64,000 bases of DNA from Kondoa subrosea (lineage: Eukaryota): positions 858,925 through 922,924 of the forward strand of contig BCIN01000004.1 in NCBI GenBank assembly GCA_039545335.1. The letters are read 5' to 3'. Shown here piece by piece: positions 40,289-57,352 of the stretch. Every line of letters begins with the position of its first letter. The stretch's first letter is position 1. The position numbers and the translations under genes were made by a program. The notes under the pieces are model-generated. The model was not told where the DNA came from. It saw nothing but the letters and a program-made list of their open reading frames with translations, and made no database searches.

Positions 40289-42588
40289 TCAAGCATTCTC
40301 TTCAAATGCTTCTTCGGCCTTCTGTTCCTTCATGCTCATACCAGTATCCAGGTTGTCAGAGACGAAATTTCGATTCCTAGAAGGCTGCTTGAGGGATTCT
40401 GGTAGTCCGCCAGAGAACTTGCGGAAACGAGCACCGAAGATCTGAAGAACTGGAACGACGAGGAAAGCGGCACCAGACTACGTTAGTAGTGGGATTGAGT
40501 CAATGAGCTGTACTATGCATGAAGAGCTTGGTTGACTCACGATTGCGGTGAGAATTCCGAAAGCTTTGATGGGTCCGCCAACAACGAAAGGTATCATGAA
40601 GTAACTCAAAATGAACCTAGAGTAGCAGAGAAAGTTCACTTGAGTATACGAAATGCAGCAGATGAAGGGAATCTGTGCTTACCCTCCTGTGACTCTCAAC
40701 ATGTTGACCCATGCAGACACTTCACCGCTTTCAGTCGTATATGAGTCCAAGAGATACTGATAATAGCCAGTGTTTTCTATTTGCGTAATCAGTAGCCATA
40801 GCTTCAGTCTTAAGATCACCTACGAAGCATGATAGAGAAGACATAGAGGAACCAGCCGAGCGAAACCAGCATAAAGTGCAATTGCCTTTGGAAGGCTACT
40901 CCGAGCAGCATCAGACCAGACACCATGAAGGGGAAGGCAATCCAATTCATCCATAATCGTGTTTCAGGATGCCAGACACCGTTGTGTTTCTTCAATGACA
41001 TGTCTTGGATTTTCTGGTTCAAGAAGTGTCCGACGATAACACCACAGAGTGTAGCAGTGACTGGAGTGAAGTAGAACAAGCCGATCTGAGTGGGACCCTG
41101 TAGATTTGATGTATGAGTGATCCCTCTAACTTTTGGGCAGTTTGGACACACAAATTTGAAAGCTGGGACAAGGAAGACCCTGTGCAGCTTTACTATAAGT
41201 AGATATTGCTACGAGAAGAAAGATACACGTACGGGATTGTTGTGTTGATTCCAACAACGCTCATGAAAGTAGCACCTGAAACTGATCAGCTTTCGGACAT
41301 CATGGAACTCTATGAAAAACTCACCATATGACAAAGTCGTCAGTATAACCGGAACTTTGGTGTACATGATAAACATGCGCATGACCGCCTCTTTCAAAGT
41401 GAAGTAAGTACTGGGACCAGGACGACCAATCCCTGTCATTCGTTGAAGCTTGTTGCCACGTCTAGGTTGCATATTTTGTGGAACAGCTCGATTGTACCAA
41501 GTTTCGTCAGCGAAGAAGATCAGACCAAGCCAAGCAACACCAGAGAGAATGCAGAATTGGCCAAACGACCATCTCCATAGATACGGATTCATCTTATTGC
41601 TTCCTAATGTGAGCGCTGAAACAACTGGACCCGCGTAAGGGCTGAGAATAAAGAATCCACTCCAAATATTCGTCTTTCTGACTTGCCTAAGAAGAAAAAA
41701 AGGCACCGAGCATCAGATTGTGATTGACCTGCATATCATGAATAGTAAATCACTCATGGAAGAAGTAAAAGTCCCGAATGATCATGAGACCAGTAGCTTG
41801 AGTGGGTGCGCTGAAAAAACCGTTAAGAATACGAGCGGCGAAGAAGGTTGAAAAGTTGGGAGCTGCAGCGCAAAGGATAGCAAAGATGACAGAGATTGTG
41901 ATCATCCAAAACGCTACGGGATAGCGTCCAAAGGCTAGAGCAGGCAGTAGCCAATCCATTAGACATCATACCTTGCTCCTGAGACATTCTATGCTCACCA
42001 TTCGAAAATATAACGGCGAAGATACCTCCGACTCCGAGCATAACGACGTTTCCAGCTTGCGATCGATTGACGTGCTCCTCAGTCAGACCATACTGGATTC
42101 CACAATTAATCTATGATTGAACATAGCCTGATGAGAGACTTACTATTATTGATTGCGGTAGTAGCGTCACGGCACCAGTAGCACTCCCATAATCAGGCAA
42201 GACGCTAAATAACATATGATATGAGCGAAACAGCATTGCCCTGCAGAGATGAGCAAGACGCACGCAGCCAATGAAATGGCCATGAGGATAGCAAACTTGC
42301 GTTTCGCAGAGCTGTAGGATCCTGATCAGCAAAACAAAACAAGCACCAAGGGGATCTCCCAAGTTATTGCTTACAAGTTCAATGGATTCTCTGGATTGTC
42401 GTCCGGCTGAGGTACCAGTAGAGCTGATCCTGAAATCAGTAATGCCAACGGTATGTACTCTGGCCAAACTCACTCTTGCCATCAGCGGTATGTTTGAGCT
42501 TGTGAAGCTCATTAGGATTGACACCTAATTTCCTTGCTGCATCTTCATTAAGTACGCCATCTTGAACAACAATATCGCCTGATGACAT
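40289..42588 (-). CDS. Major facilitator superfamily transporter (DHA1/Hol1-like)
   Basis: LLPQSII..AGNVVMLGVGGIFAV, FGRYPV, FFAARILNGFFSAP, IRDFYFFHE, PYAGP, WRW, FADETWY, PETRLW, QIFGARFR. Confidence 0.92.
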
Positions 42589-43593
42589 GACAAATAATGT
42601 AGAAGCGGTATCTGTCTAGTTAGAAAGAGGTTCAAAATAGAAAAGCGGGAAACTCAAATACTCCACGTCCACCCTCAAATCTGGAGTCTCCGGGTAATCG
42701 GTTTTGCTTATACAAGTGAGGCTCAAGGTAGAGCCAACTTATAGGACTATAGATAGCAGCAGGATTGATGACATCGATGTACTGCAAGAAGGGCAGGAAG
42801 ACATGATGATCATGAAAGAAAATAATGGTCAGCCCAGAAAATACATCATTGAAACTCGCAAAGGCTGTAAATGAGGCATAGATCAGGCTGCAAGATGATG
42901 ATGAAGTGATAAGGGCACGAGAGAGAGTAGAAGCGTTGATACAGCATAGAGACTGCATAGAGCATAATTATGTGAAGATTCGCTTGAAGCACAGGACTGT
43001 AAATTGTGTCAACGGAAAGGCAGGGACAGCGCTTGCGATGGACCCATACGAGCCAGCAAACGGCTTGAAAGGAAGCTGTGGCAGTTACTGGACAGACTCG
43101 GACCCAGGCCTGCAAACATATTTGAACAGTTTGACTCTTCGAAGTACTCTTCTCCAGAACCATGAGGCTGGCTATCAGAATTACAGAGCTGTGTGACAAA
43201 GCCGATAGATGATACACCTGCAGACTACTACAGACTGCTCTTCTGCTGCGCAATAGCGGGAAGCTGACTGCTATTATTGCAATTTCTGGTGTGCCGCAAC
43301 CGTACTCCATCTATCCCGGTACACAAACGATACAGCTCCCACGGAAATCGGACTATGGGAATCTCTTAGGTGCTACTATACTTGTGCTCTTGGCAGATGA
43401 ATAAGCAAGTAGTAAGCAAGCATCGGCACCTCAAATGGAGTTTTGTGAAATTTGAGCGGCCGCCTGGCGCAAAACAAGGCAAAGTTTGGCTGTGCCCGTT
43501 TCTGGCGATCATCCATCCGCCCACCGCAAAGAATTGCCCCTTTTACCTTTTTTGCGATCTACATCTCTGTTGGCAAGCCGCTACCATTCGTGA

Positions 43594-44678
43594 ATGAGCT
43601 CCTCTACACCATCAAGCAAACCGAGGATGGCTAGAAAGACTGTGTCTTGTGAAAGTGTGTTCATCGAGATTGCTTCGCGCTTCGTGCTCCCCGCTGACCT
43701 TCTCTTGCCACTGCAGACTGTCGTGCGCGTAAGCTCATTCGTTTCATTGAGTGAAATCAGCTTATTCTGCTTTTTGGTTCATCTAGGCAAAGTTAAATGC
43801 TCACGCACAAGCCCTTGCGTAACCTGTGTCAAGCGCGGTCAAAACTGTGTCTGGAGACAGCAGCCCGAGTACGTCTCTCGCTCATACTATTCTTCGCTAT
43901 GTATTTAATGTCCTGTTTTAGTATTCCCGCTTTACCGAAAACATACTCTTCAGCCGATGTACAAGCGCTAGAAATGACGATCAGACACTTGGGTGATCGT
44001 AGGCCACCTCTTGTGATCCCTATAGACAAGCAGCTTACAAATAAAACAGGTCTTGGAATGTCCGACCCTGAATTATTACAACTGGAAGCCAATTATGGAT
44101 GGAAACATTCGCAAGCTTCAAGGAGGCCAGAGGCATCAGGATCCACTTCTATCGCCTCTAGCTCTGCTCCAGTAGCATCAACATCGGAAATTTATGAACC
44201 ACCACCAAAACGAAAGCGCGCAGTTCCAGCATCGCAACTGGCGGAACTAGAAGAAGAGGAGGAGGAGGAGGAGGAAGAGACCGAAGAGAGCGATTGTGAT
44301 TGGGAAGTTGATCCAGACCATGTCGACCTCTACTCTCCTCCAGTGGACGAAGTCAGCAGCGCACCTACTTCTACACTTACTACACCAGACGATGATATCC
44401 CAGAAACGATTCAAGTACAGAACACTGATGCATTCGAAGCAGCCATTCAAGCACCAATGGAAATGGAAGTAGACAAGAATAAACCGAACTTGGCTCTCAG
44501 CAATCTTCCACTCAAATCTCCAGCGGTAAACCAAGGTCCTTCACCTTCACCTTCTCCTTACTATGACGACTATACAATGCAGAACAATCCAGGCTTTAGT
44601 TTTGATGGGACATACGTTGGTGGATGCGATTACTTTCTTTCAGGCGGTTCGAGTCGTAAAGATCATCCATTTTTGTAA
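43594..44678 (+). CDS. Zn(II)2Cys6 binuclear-cluster transcription factor (short, acidic tail)
   Basis: Spliced SCE|NCRAR|KVKCSRTSPCVTCVKRGQNCVW, matching CX2CX6CX5CX2CX6C; poly-Glu tract. Confidence 0.88.
44250..44279 (+). repeat. (GAA/GAG)n coding triplet repeat (poly-Glu)
   Basis: gaagaagaggaggaggaggaggaggaagag. Confidence 0.85.
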
Positions 44679-44990
44679 CAAGAAGGATAGGGAAGGGGCA
44701 TTAGCTACTGAAATTTTGTACATGATCCGGCATCATCTCATTGCACTGATACACGCGCCTAAGGACTGTTTCCACCCAATTGCAAGATCTTGACTTCTCG
44801 CTCGTGTCTCCTTTTGTTTTCCTTAACCGTTGACCATTAATCACTTCATATACCCCTCTGACAACACAGCAGTACCAATCAAGCAGCTGGTCTGCTAATC
44901 GTATAGAATCTCGTTCCCCTCTGCAAACAGCGCAAGCTCCTTTGTTTCCTTATCTTTATTAAGCATTTAGCCACGCTTTCAAGCAAAGCG

Positions 44991-47971
44991 ATGACTTCTA
45001 CGACGCTCAGAGTGGAAGGCATGACCTGTGCATCATGCGTCAAGGTCAGTCTACAGCCAAAGGGAACGGAGATGGAGTTGAAACCAGATTCGATGCGCAG
45101 GCTATTGAAGATGGATTAGCAACTCAACAAGGCATCATTTCTATCTCTGTCAATCTGCTGGCGGAGAAGGCTTCAATAGTGTATGATTCAGCTCACTGGG
45201 ATCCAGAGAAACTAGCCAGCGTAAGTTCACTTCCAGTCCGTTGGTGAGAAGGTCTGTTCTGATCTCGTGATAATATTCAGGAAATAGAAGACTTTGGCTT
45301 TGGTGCTTCACCTATAGAAGAAGCTGTGGAAGGCATAGCTCAATTATCCATCTACGGCATGCATTGCGCTTCTTGTACTTCGACTATAGAGAAAGCTTTC
45401 TTGGCTACATCTGGCGTACTGGCAGCTGTCGTTGTGCTGCATCCTGGATCTGCTCGAGTCACATACGACACCTCTATACTCGGTTTACGGGATCTCGTTT
45501 CAATAGTCGAAGATCGTGGATTCGATGCTGTTCTTTCCGATGAAGAAGGCAAATTAACTCAAATACGCTCTTTAGCTAGAACAAGAGAGATTGCAGAATG
45601 GAGAAGAGCCTTTCAAATAGCTGCTGCAATCGCTTTACCCGTCTTCTTTCTTTCCATGATCTGCCCAATGGTTTGGTGCTTGAAACCCATCACCGACTTC
45701 AAATTAGTTCGTGGCATATATCTTGGCGACATGATCTGCTTCTTCCTTACTTTACCTGTGCAATTTTTTATTGGGGCAAGATTTTATCGATCAGCCTGGA
45801 AAGCTCTCAAACACAAGTCAGCAACTATGGACTTGCTGGTAGTCATTTCCACATCAACAGCATTCTTTTATTCGACTTTCGCGATGTTTACAGCACCTTT
45901 TGCTTCTTCCGACGAAGCTTATCATCCCAAACTCTTTTTCGAAACTTCTTCTATGCTTATCGCATTCGTCACTTTCGGTCGATACACTGAAAATTTGGCC
46001 AAAGGCAAAACCTCAGCCGCTTTAAGCAAACTCATGTCGCTTTCCCCTTCTTCCGCAACAATTTATACCGATGAGACTTGCAAAGAAGAGAAGAAGATAC
46101 CAACTGAACTGGTTCAAATAGGTGATCTAGTCAAAATTGTCCCAGGAGATAAAGTGCCAGCAGACGGAATCTTGATAAGAGGAACTTCAGATATTGATGA
46201 AAGCATGATTACCGGAGAAGCGTTATCTGTTCAGAAGGTTGTGGGGGATTTGGTCATTGGTGGTACAGTCAACGGGTTGGGTAGCTTTGATATGAAGGTT
46301 ACAAAAGCAGGAAGAGATACTGCTTTGAGTCAAATTGTCAAATTGGTCGAAGAGGCTCAAACTTCAAAAGCACCTATTCAAGCTTTCGCGGATACAGTAG
46401 CTGGCTACTTTGTTCCTACCGTCGTAGCTCTCGGTTGCTGTACCTTTATTGCCTGGCTACTTATCTCTTCTCGAGGTTGGATGAACCCATTACCGCATAT
46501 TTTCCACGATGCCGGAACACCAAATTACCTCGTTTGCATGAAAATCGCTATCTCAGTCATTGTGGTTGCTTGTCCATGTGCTCTTGGTCTAAGCACACCA
46601 ACGGCAGTCATGGTTGGTACAGGTGTTGGAGCTCAAAATGGCATTCTTATCAAAGGCGCTGGTCCGCTGGAAGCAAGTAAAGGCATTAACAAGATCGTAT
46701 TTGACAAGACTGGTACACTCACAACCGGTAAAATGACTGTTTCTGGTTTGCAATGGTCCGATTCTCTTCTAGCTCAAGAAGAGAAATGGAGACAAGAAGC
46801 GCTTTTGGCAATTTACGCAGCTGAAACTAGATCAGAACATCCTCTAGCTCGAGCGGTAGCCGACTTCATCAAGAACCAGCTCAATCTTATGTCTTTACCC
46901 GAAGAAGTACAAGTTCACTCTTTCGAGGGCAAACCAGGTCAAGGCGTTGTTGCAGCAATCTCTACACTCAGTCATCATTCTCGAAATATAGTCATTGGTA
47001 ACGGCAGTCTTCTCTCTTCCTATAAGATCTCTCTTCCACCTTTCCTTGAATCTTTCCGTTCAGCTCAGCAAGCATCAGGAAGAACCGTCGTTTCTGTCGC
47101 CATCGATCAATCTCTCACATGTCTTTTCGCCATTTCTGATTCAGTCAAACCAGAAGCTAGGCAAACAGTAGAAGCATTACGAATGATGGGTATTTCGGTT
47201 GCGATGGTTACTGGTGATCAGGAAGCCACTGCTCGGGCTATTGCGATAGAAGTAGGGATCGGTGAGGAGGATGTATTTGCTGGTGTCAGTCCAGCTGGGA
47301 AGCGGGAGATAATTCAGCAGTTACAGGGTGAAGGGTATAGTGTAGCAATGGTGAGATGATCCAGTCCAATTCTGGATGCAGCCATTAACGGATGTGAGCA
47401 GGTCGGGGACGGCATCAATGATTCTCCTGCTCTAGCCGCTGCCAATGTTGGCGTTGGTCTTTGTTCTGGCACAGATATCGCAATGGAAGCCGCCGACATT
47501 GTTCTCATGCGTCCTGATTTATTGGATGTAGTAGCTTCACTGCATTTGGCCCGACGCATCTTCAAGCAGATCCAGCTCAACTTCCTTTGTAAGTTGCCTG
47601 TTTCGATATAAGTATTCTGCTGATCCTGATATATTGTTGCAGGGGCAACAATATATAATATGATTGGTATACCGATAGCCATGGGTTTCTTCCTACCTTG
47701 GGGAATAATGCTACATCCAATGATGGCCGGCGGAATGATGGCCTTTTCCTCTGTCTCAGTGGTTCTGTCTTCGCTCTCGCTTCGACTTTGGCGACGGCCA
47801 GAGATCGCTCAACGCGGTCCTACCATCTTGCCGAAGCGACACATTTTCACCGACATGGTTAATATCGTCAAAGACGCGACGCCATACAGCAAATATGGGC
47901 GAATTTCGACAGATGGGGATTTCGAGGAATCAGTACCGTTGACATCGCAATCATTAGCATCACACGTTTAG
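44991..47971 (+). CDS. CCC2: Copper-transporting P1B-type ATPase
   Basis: HMA motifs GMTCASC and [40 protein letters not shown] and MAFSS copper-site motifs. Confidence 0.95.
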
Positions 47972-48123
47972 TTGAGGTTGGACAATTGTATCAAACGCTG
48001 TAGCTAGAGCAAATTCTGTAGCGAAGTTGAATGGCTGATTGACAGCTGAAGGTTGAATGATGCGCAATACGCGACCTGCATATTGTCATTCGAATCTATT
48101 TTACACGATGCCCATGTCACATA

Positions 48124-52412
<4,289 letters not shown>

Positions 52413-52745
52413 TTCGCAATGCAAGCGAAGCAAGAACTAGAGTCGCAGCTGGATATCACAGACGGCACAGGCTAAGCTGCTGCAGAGGTATAGGTCACTG
52501 GGAAGATGACGAAACCAAGAAGAGACTGTGCTTCATGCGTGTCCCAACAGTCGGTAAAATCGGTTCACTCGTGCAGACCTGACAATGCTAGAACACATAG
52601 TACAGTCTATGCCATTTAATGTCCTTTCATTCACATCTGTTCCGCAAACCAGATATGGCTTCTGACTTGCCTGGGAAGAAGTGTTCTGAGATGTGACTTT
52701 ACCACGGAGCTTGGAGCAGTGAGAGTCCTCACGCTATACACGCTA

Positions 52746-53763
52746 TCAGACACCACTTACGAAATGAATTGGAGAAAGCCTTTGCGTACATAGCACATTG
52801 ATGATCTTCTTTTTCAAGCTGATAACTTCTCTTAAGCCTTCAAAACATATTGAGTAAGCTTTTTGGTCCGCTTTCAGGCCTCTTTTCAGCACTCTTAACA
52901 ACAGCAGCGAGGACTTACTGCATCGGAACGGTCATCATTGCATGAGTTCCGTTTGCAAATTGCTTCAAGCAAGCGGAACATGAGATATCTCCACATGGTT
53001 ATACGCTACCAGTTGAACATGCAGCATGTTTTGATGCTTGAGATGAAGCGACACTTTAATTGGATGTAGTATTTCGAGAAACAGCAGAGGCTCATGATCA
53101 GAGGGGAAATCGAGATTGCGAAGCACGTCTTCTGTATAGGATACTTCAAAGCTATCCCCTCTGTTGGTGACCAGACTGATGGGCTTTGTCCCTAGTGGGA
53201 AGCATAAGGAAAGAATCGCTGCTGTTTGATGGGTGATCATGCTTGATCCCGGTCCTTCTACTGCATGCGTGAAGGCAGAAAGATGAGCGAGTCTGACTGA
53301 ACACAGGAAGGTGCAAGCAAATGCATGAAGAGCTATTCACAGAGCTGAACAGCTTATGCAGAATGCGAAGATGAGCAGGCTGAACTCCAAGTCCAATAGT
53401 TTGCAAGCTTCGTGACAGATCTGCGTATCCGTTCAGAGTACGACAAGTGCAGACCAGCTTCTTGGAAATGGTTGCGCCTCGGGTTGATGGTAAAGCTGCG
53501 AGCTGCAATTCCACTGCTTGTCGTTCAACGAGGATAGGCGGTACTATCAGAAATTTCTTGGACAGCTAGACGAGATCTCGGACATCCTTTCTGCTGCATA
53601 TTGCGAGAAACGCTGGTTTGCCTTGTCCAATCTCAAGCCTTGAGATCGCTGCCCATTGCTCTTTTTGCACTGCTTGCTTTGTTTTCTTCTGCATGCTGCG
53701 GTGATACTGCGTTCCTCTCTGTTCTTCGTCCGGGCCTGCCCTTAGTACCGAAGCTTGCGACAT
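52746..53763 (-). CDS. Hypothetical protein; exon structure unresolved
   Basis: Stacked minus-strand ORFs 53566-53763, 53152-53514 and 52965-53240 with intron-like gaps; no motif recognised. Confidence 0.35.
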
Positions 53764-54319
53764 GGTGCTTTGACAAGAAGATTCGTTCGAGCCTTCAAGG
53801 TGTTCAAGACAGTCTGCTTGGGCTGGAATACCATCTCTTCCTGCTCGTACTTGCTCCCTACTTCTTCTCCTTCTCCTTACCTAACAAAGCAAAGACGTCT
53901 TCTCTCGTTCAAGCAAATTCTGCCCTACATCTCATCTATCCTCTGCTATTTCCTCTCGCAGTATTAAATTCAGCAATACGGACTGCCCAACTATACTGTA
54001 TGCGACTATCCGCTGTTGCTGTACTGACACAGACATGCTCACAGGGAGAACCGTGAGTCCAGAAGGATGCGCCCGACATTGCTCGTCAAACATGCATTGA
54101 CACCCTTAACTTAACCAAAACTAACCAAAACTAATAGTTACGCCCGCGCAAGCGCCCGAATACCAACCTTGAATACACAAATGATGAATAATACGAACCG
54201 AATATCAAGCAAGTCGAGCCACACGGAATCTTAATTTCTGCAAAAGCCTTTTGCTAGAGGAGATGCGTTGCAAGTTTTCATGTTGAAGTCTAAAGAGGAA
54301 GTCGTCGACACCGTGAGAA

Positions 54320-55214
54320 TCAGTTGACAATACAACAAGATATAGACGAACATGCAAGGAATGCCCCTGTAGCAATATCGAACAGGCACTCAGCTCCCGT
54401 AGTGTCAATACAAGCCAAGGTATTCTGCTGAATGCTATCAAACTTCATCTGATACAAAGCTCCACCAGGGTTGCAAGCAGTGTAGCAGTTCTGAGAGGCA
54501 GCGGTGGAAGCTGCACTGATCGTGGGGTTGCAGACTGAACCGGAGCCAGGATTGAGCATGAGTGTTGTTTGATCATACGTGCAGGTCTGAGCAAAGAAAC
54601 TTCAGCAAAATTGCAGAGTATAACTTGACTTTATACTTACAAGATAGGTAACCTGGTTTTGCGGCCGACCGAATCGATCGGGTTGTCCGCCTGGCGTGAC
54701 CTTGTAGTAGCTCTGGCATTCAGTCAGTCGACGCCTGTATGGATCATAAATCTATGCTTACGCATTCAAGTTGATTGGTGGTCAGATCATGCTGCAGATA
54801 TTGGTATTTGTAGCCAGCGTCGAGCGGAGTAGGACAATTCACAGATACGTTCTGTACGCAGGTACTATCTTGATAATTGTAGCCAGCAGGACAGACTATG
54901 GATGGCTCAGCATTAAACCTTCATCAACCATCTGGTCAACATTACTCACCACATTTCTGAGTTGCGACATTGTAGACACTAGTACCTCCGCAAAATACTG
55001 GACTTGGGCCGCCTTGACGCGCTGAAAGCTGTGGTAAGAGAGATCAGCAAGACAGTTGTCCATTAAAATCGTGACTTGCCCTTCTCTGAGGCATACCAGT
55101 AAGTCTTAGAGCTCTACTGTTGACTTGGTTCCTCTTGTAAGGATCGGATGCGTCCGTAGCATGAGCGCATGCTGTAAAGGCAATCAAAAGAGCTACGAGA
55201 GTGGGAAGCAGCAT
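54320..55214 (-). CDS. Secreted cysteine-rich repeat protein; paralogue of 11318-12388
   Basis: Signal peptide MLLPTLVALLIAFTACAHA, KR site, RR|LSARQGGPSPV, CVCPAGYNYQDSTC module, then CP..LECSY..TCTY..CNP..CYTAC..LAC..ECLF..C. Confidence 0.8.
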
Positions 55215-57352
55215 TGTAATGATGTTGTTGTAAAGACAGGACTGGTGTAAAGGAATGAGGAGGAGTTGGATGAGGAAGAAGTTCAAAAGAAGATAAGCAT
55301 GAAATGTAGCAGAAGCTAGCACAAAACACCACGATATCAGCGGGCGAGAGCGGGCGACTCAAAACAAACGCAATCGTCAAATTCCCACGAGCGGACCCGG
55401 AAACTCTGAAGCCGGGCTTCCCGTCAAGCTTGTTTGGCTTGCAAGAGTATCATGCAAGGTTGGGTACAAGCTAGTAGTAAACGCGTTGCAGTGACCTGCA
55501 GGATGCAGAAACAGCCTCATCTGAGCTTGTCTGAGCACCTACTTGTAATGGGGGAGGTGTCGCAGACAACAGAGCAAGACGAACTGAAAAAGAGCAACTC
55601 CAAAGAGGAACACAATGCAAGTGCTGGATATAAAAGTGCTGGTATTAGGAATACATGACCACTGACTTTGTGCGAGTAGCACTACAGTAGAACACGGAGG
55701 CGAACCATAAGGGCTGTAGTGGCTTCGCAGCGTCTTCCTTCTAGTCAGGAGAGATGAGGAGGCTCAGAAGCAATAGTCCGGTATCTTCATTCGTCTCTTC
55801 GAAAAGATTTTGCCAATCCAGAGTCAATCTAAATTACGACGCGCTCTTGGCCTCTTACAAGACTCGTGAGGGTTGCTGGGCAGCCAAACAGCGCTATTCA
55901 CCAATCATATAGTGCTTCATGGCTGTCAGCGTCAGATTGATGTCAAAACAAGGTGAGTTTACCACTGGCGTCTGGATTTCTGTACAAGACCTCGTTCTAC
56001 TCAACGACGTACTGCTACATATACAGGGGCGTTGCATATATACTAAAACCGGGCCACTTTCGTCCGGCTGTCATTCTCGGGCAATGCCATATCACTACAT
56101 AACTGTTTCCTTCTTGTCTTTTCTCTTCTGCTTTCCAACTATCCAGTCATAAACCTCTTCTGCCTCAGCGGCGAAATCGGATCTGCCTCATCTATTTTCT
56201 GCATCCTTCAATGATATTAAGTCAGCTCTTGAGCAGAAGCTGTTGGCGTCTTTCGATCTTGTTCTAGCCTACATGATTCGTATTCAAGAAGTAATACTGC
56301 TTTTGTTATGTCTTTTTTTAATGGTCGCACGTATAGATCAAGAGAAACTCATTGCCTGGCTTTCGCGTTCGAGCAAGCTACTAAGGTCAATTCTGGTCAA
56401 TTGCATCATTTATCAGCCTATCAGGCTGGAATATTCCTATACCCGAGGCATAGTTCAACCGGTAGTCAAGCCTAGAACACCGCTCCGAGATGTGATGAAG
56501 TGCAGAGTGCAGCGATTCGCTATATGATGATTCTTGTGCAGCTCTGACTTCTGATATTTTCTGCCTCCTGACTCATCTCAATTGTGCTTCCCACCCGTGC
56601 GATGCTGTCCAAGCTGTGCATCGATTGGGCGCTCGACTCTGTCCTCTACGGGTATTCGGCAGACTGTCTGTGCATGCTCTGGCTTCCGTCTTCTGCGCGA
56701 AGATATGATTCGGGAGAGCAGTATCACTCTTCTCGCGAATTGGGGAAGAAACGTTCCTCGCACTTGTTTTTTTTTCAACTTCGGAAGTGACAATTAAAGA
56801 GAGGAAGATATCTTCTTTTCATATTGCGCCTCAGCCTCAGCGGGAATGACTAATGGAAAGACGGGTCAATGAGCAGGCACGTTAGGGGTCAAGGGAGGAT
56901 GGTGCGAAATGATGAGACACTCAGATCACGTTCCAGCTTAGCGTTCGAGCCGATTTTTGAAGGCGAAGGCTCTTACCATTCGCGATCATTCTCATATGTG
57001 TTGGTCTTCAATTTCGACGACTTCTTCTCCCCAGAGCACACCTTTTCACACCATCGACCTTTTTTAGAGGCTTACTTTGAGCTTGCCGAAATTGAGTCAT
57101 AACCCATATTCCGCCTTAACCACAACCATCGACTGCTCTCGCCTACCTTTTGTCTGGCTCCGCTCTCACTCTTGCCTGCTCAGCAACTTTGGCTCAGCTC
57201 CTGCCCTTGTCGATCGCTCAATTCTCGGCAAACGTTTCTAGCAAAACTTTAATTTTGCTCGCTAAACAAAAACGTGGTCCTTTCTTTGCGCGTCCATTCA
57301 AGAAAAGTCTCAGCGAGCAGCCTACTTGCTCAGCTACAGGTCCCCAACCCCA

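Noticed and set aside
54108..54134. Short tandem repeat (ctaaccaaaa)x2-3
   Set aside because: Not a TTAGGG telomeric array; simple low-complexity sequence
56492..56553. Possible C/D snoRNA (GTGATGA..ATGATGA..CTGA)
   Set aside because: Short, no terminal stem, and no rRNA-complementary guide that I can recognise
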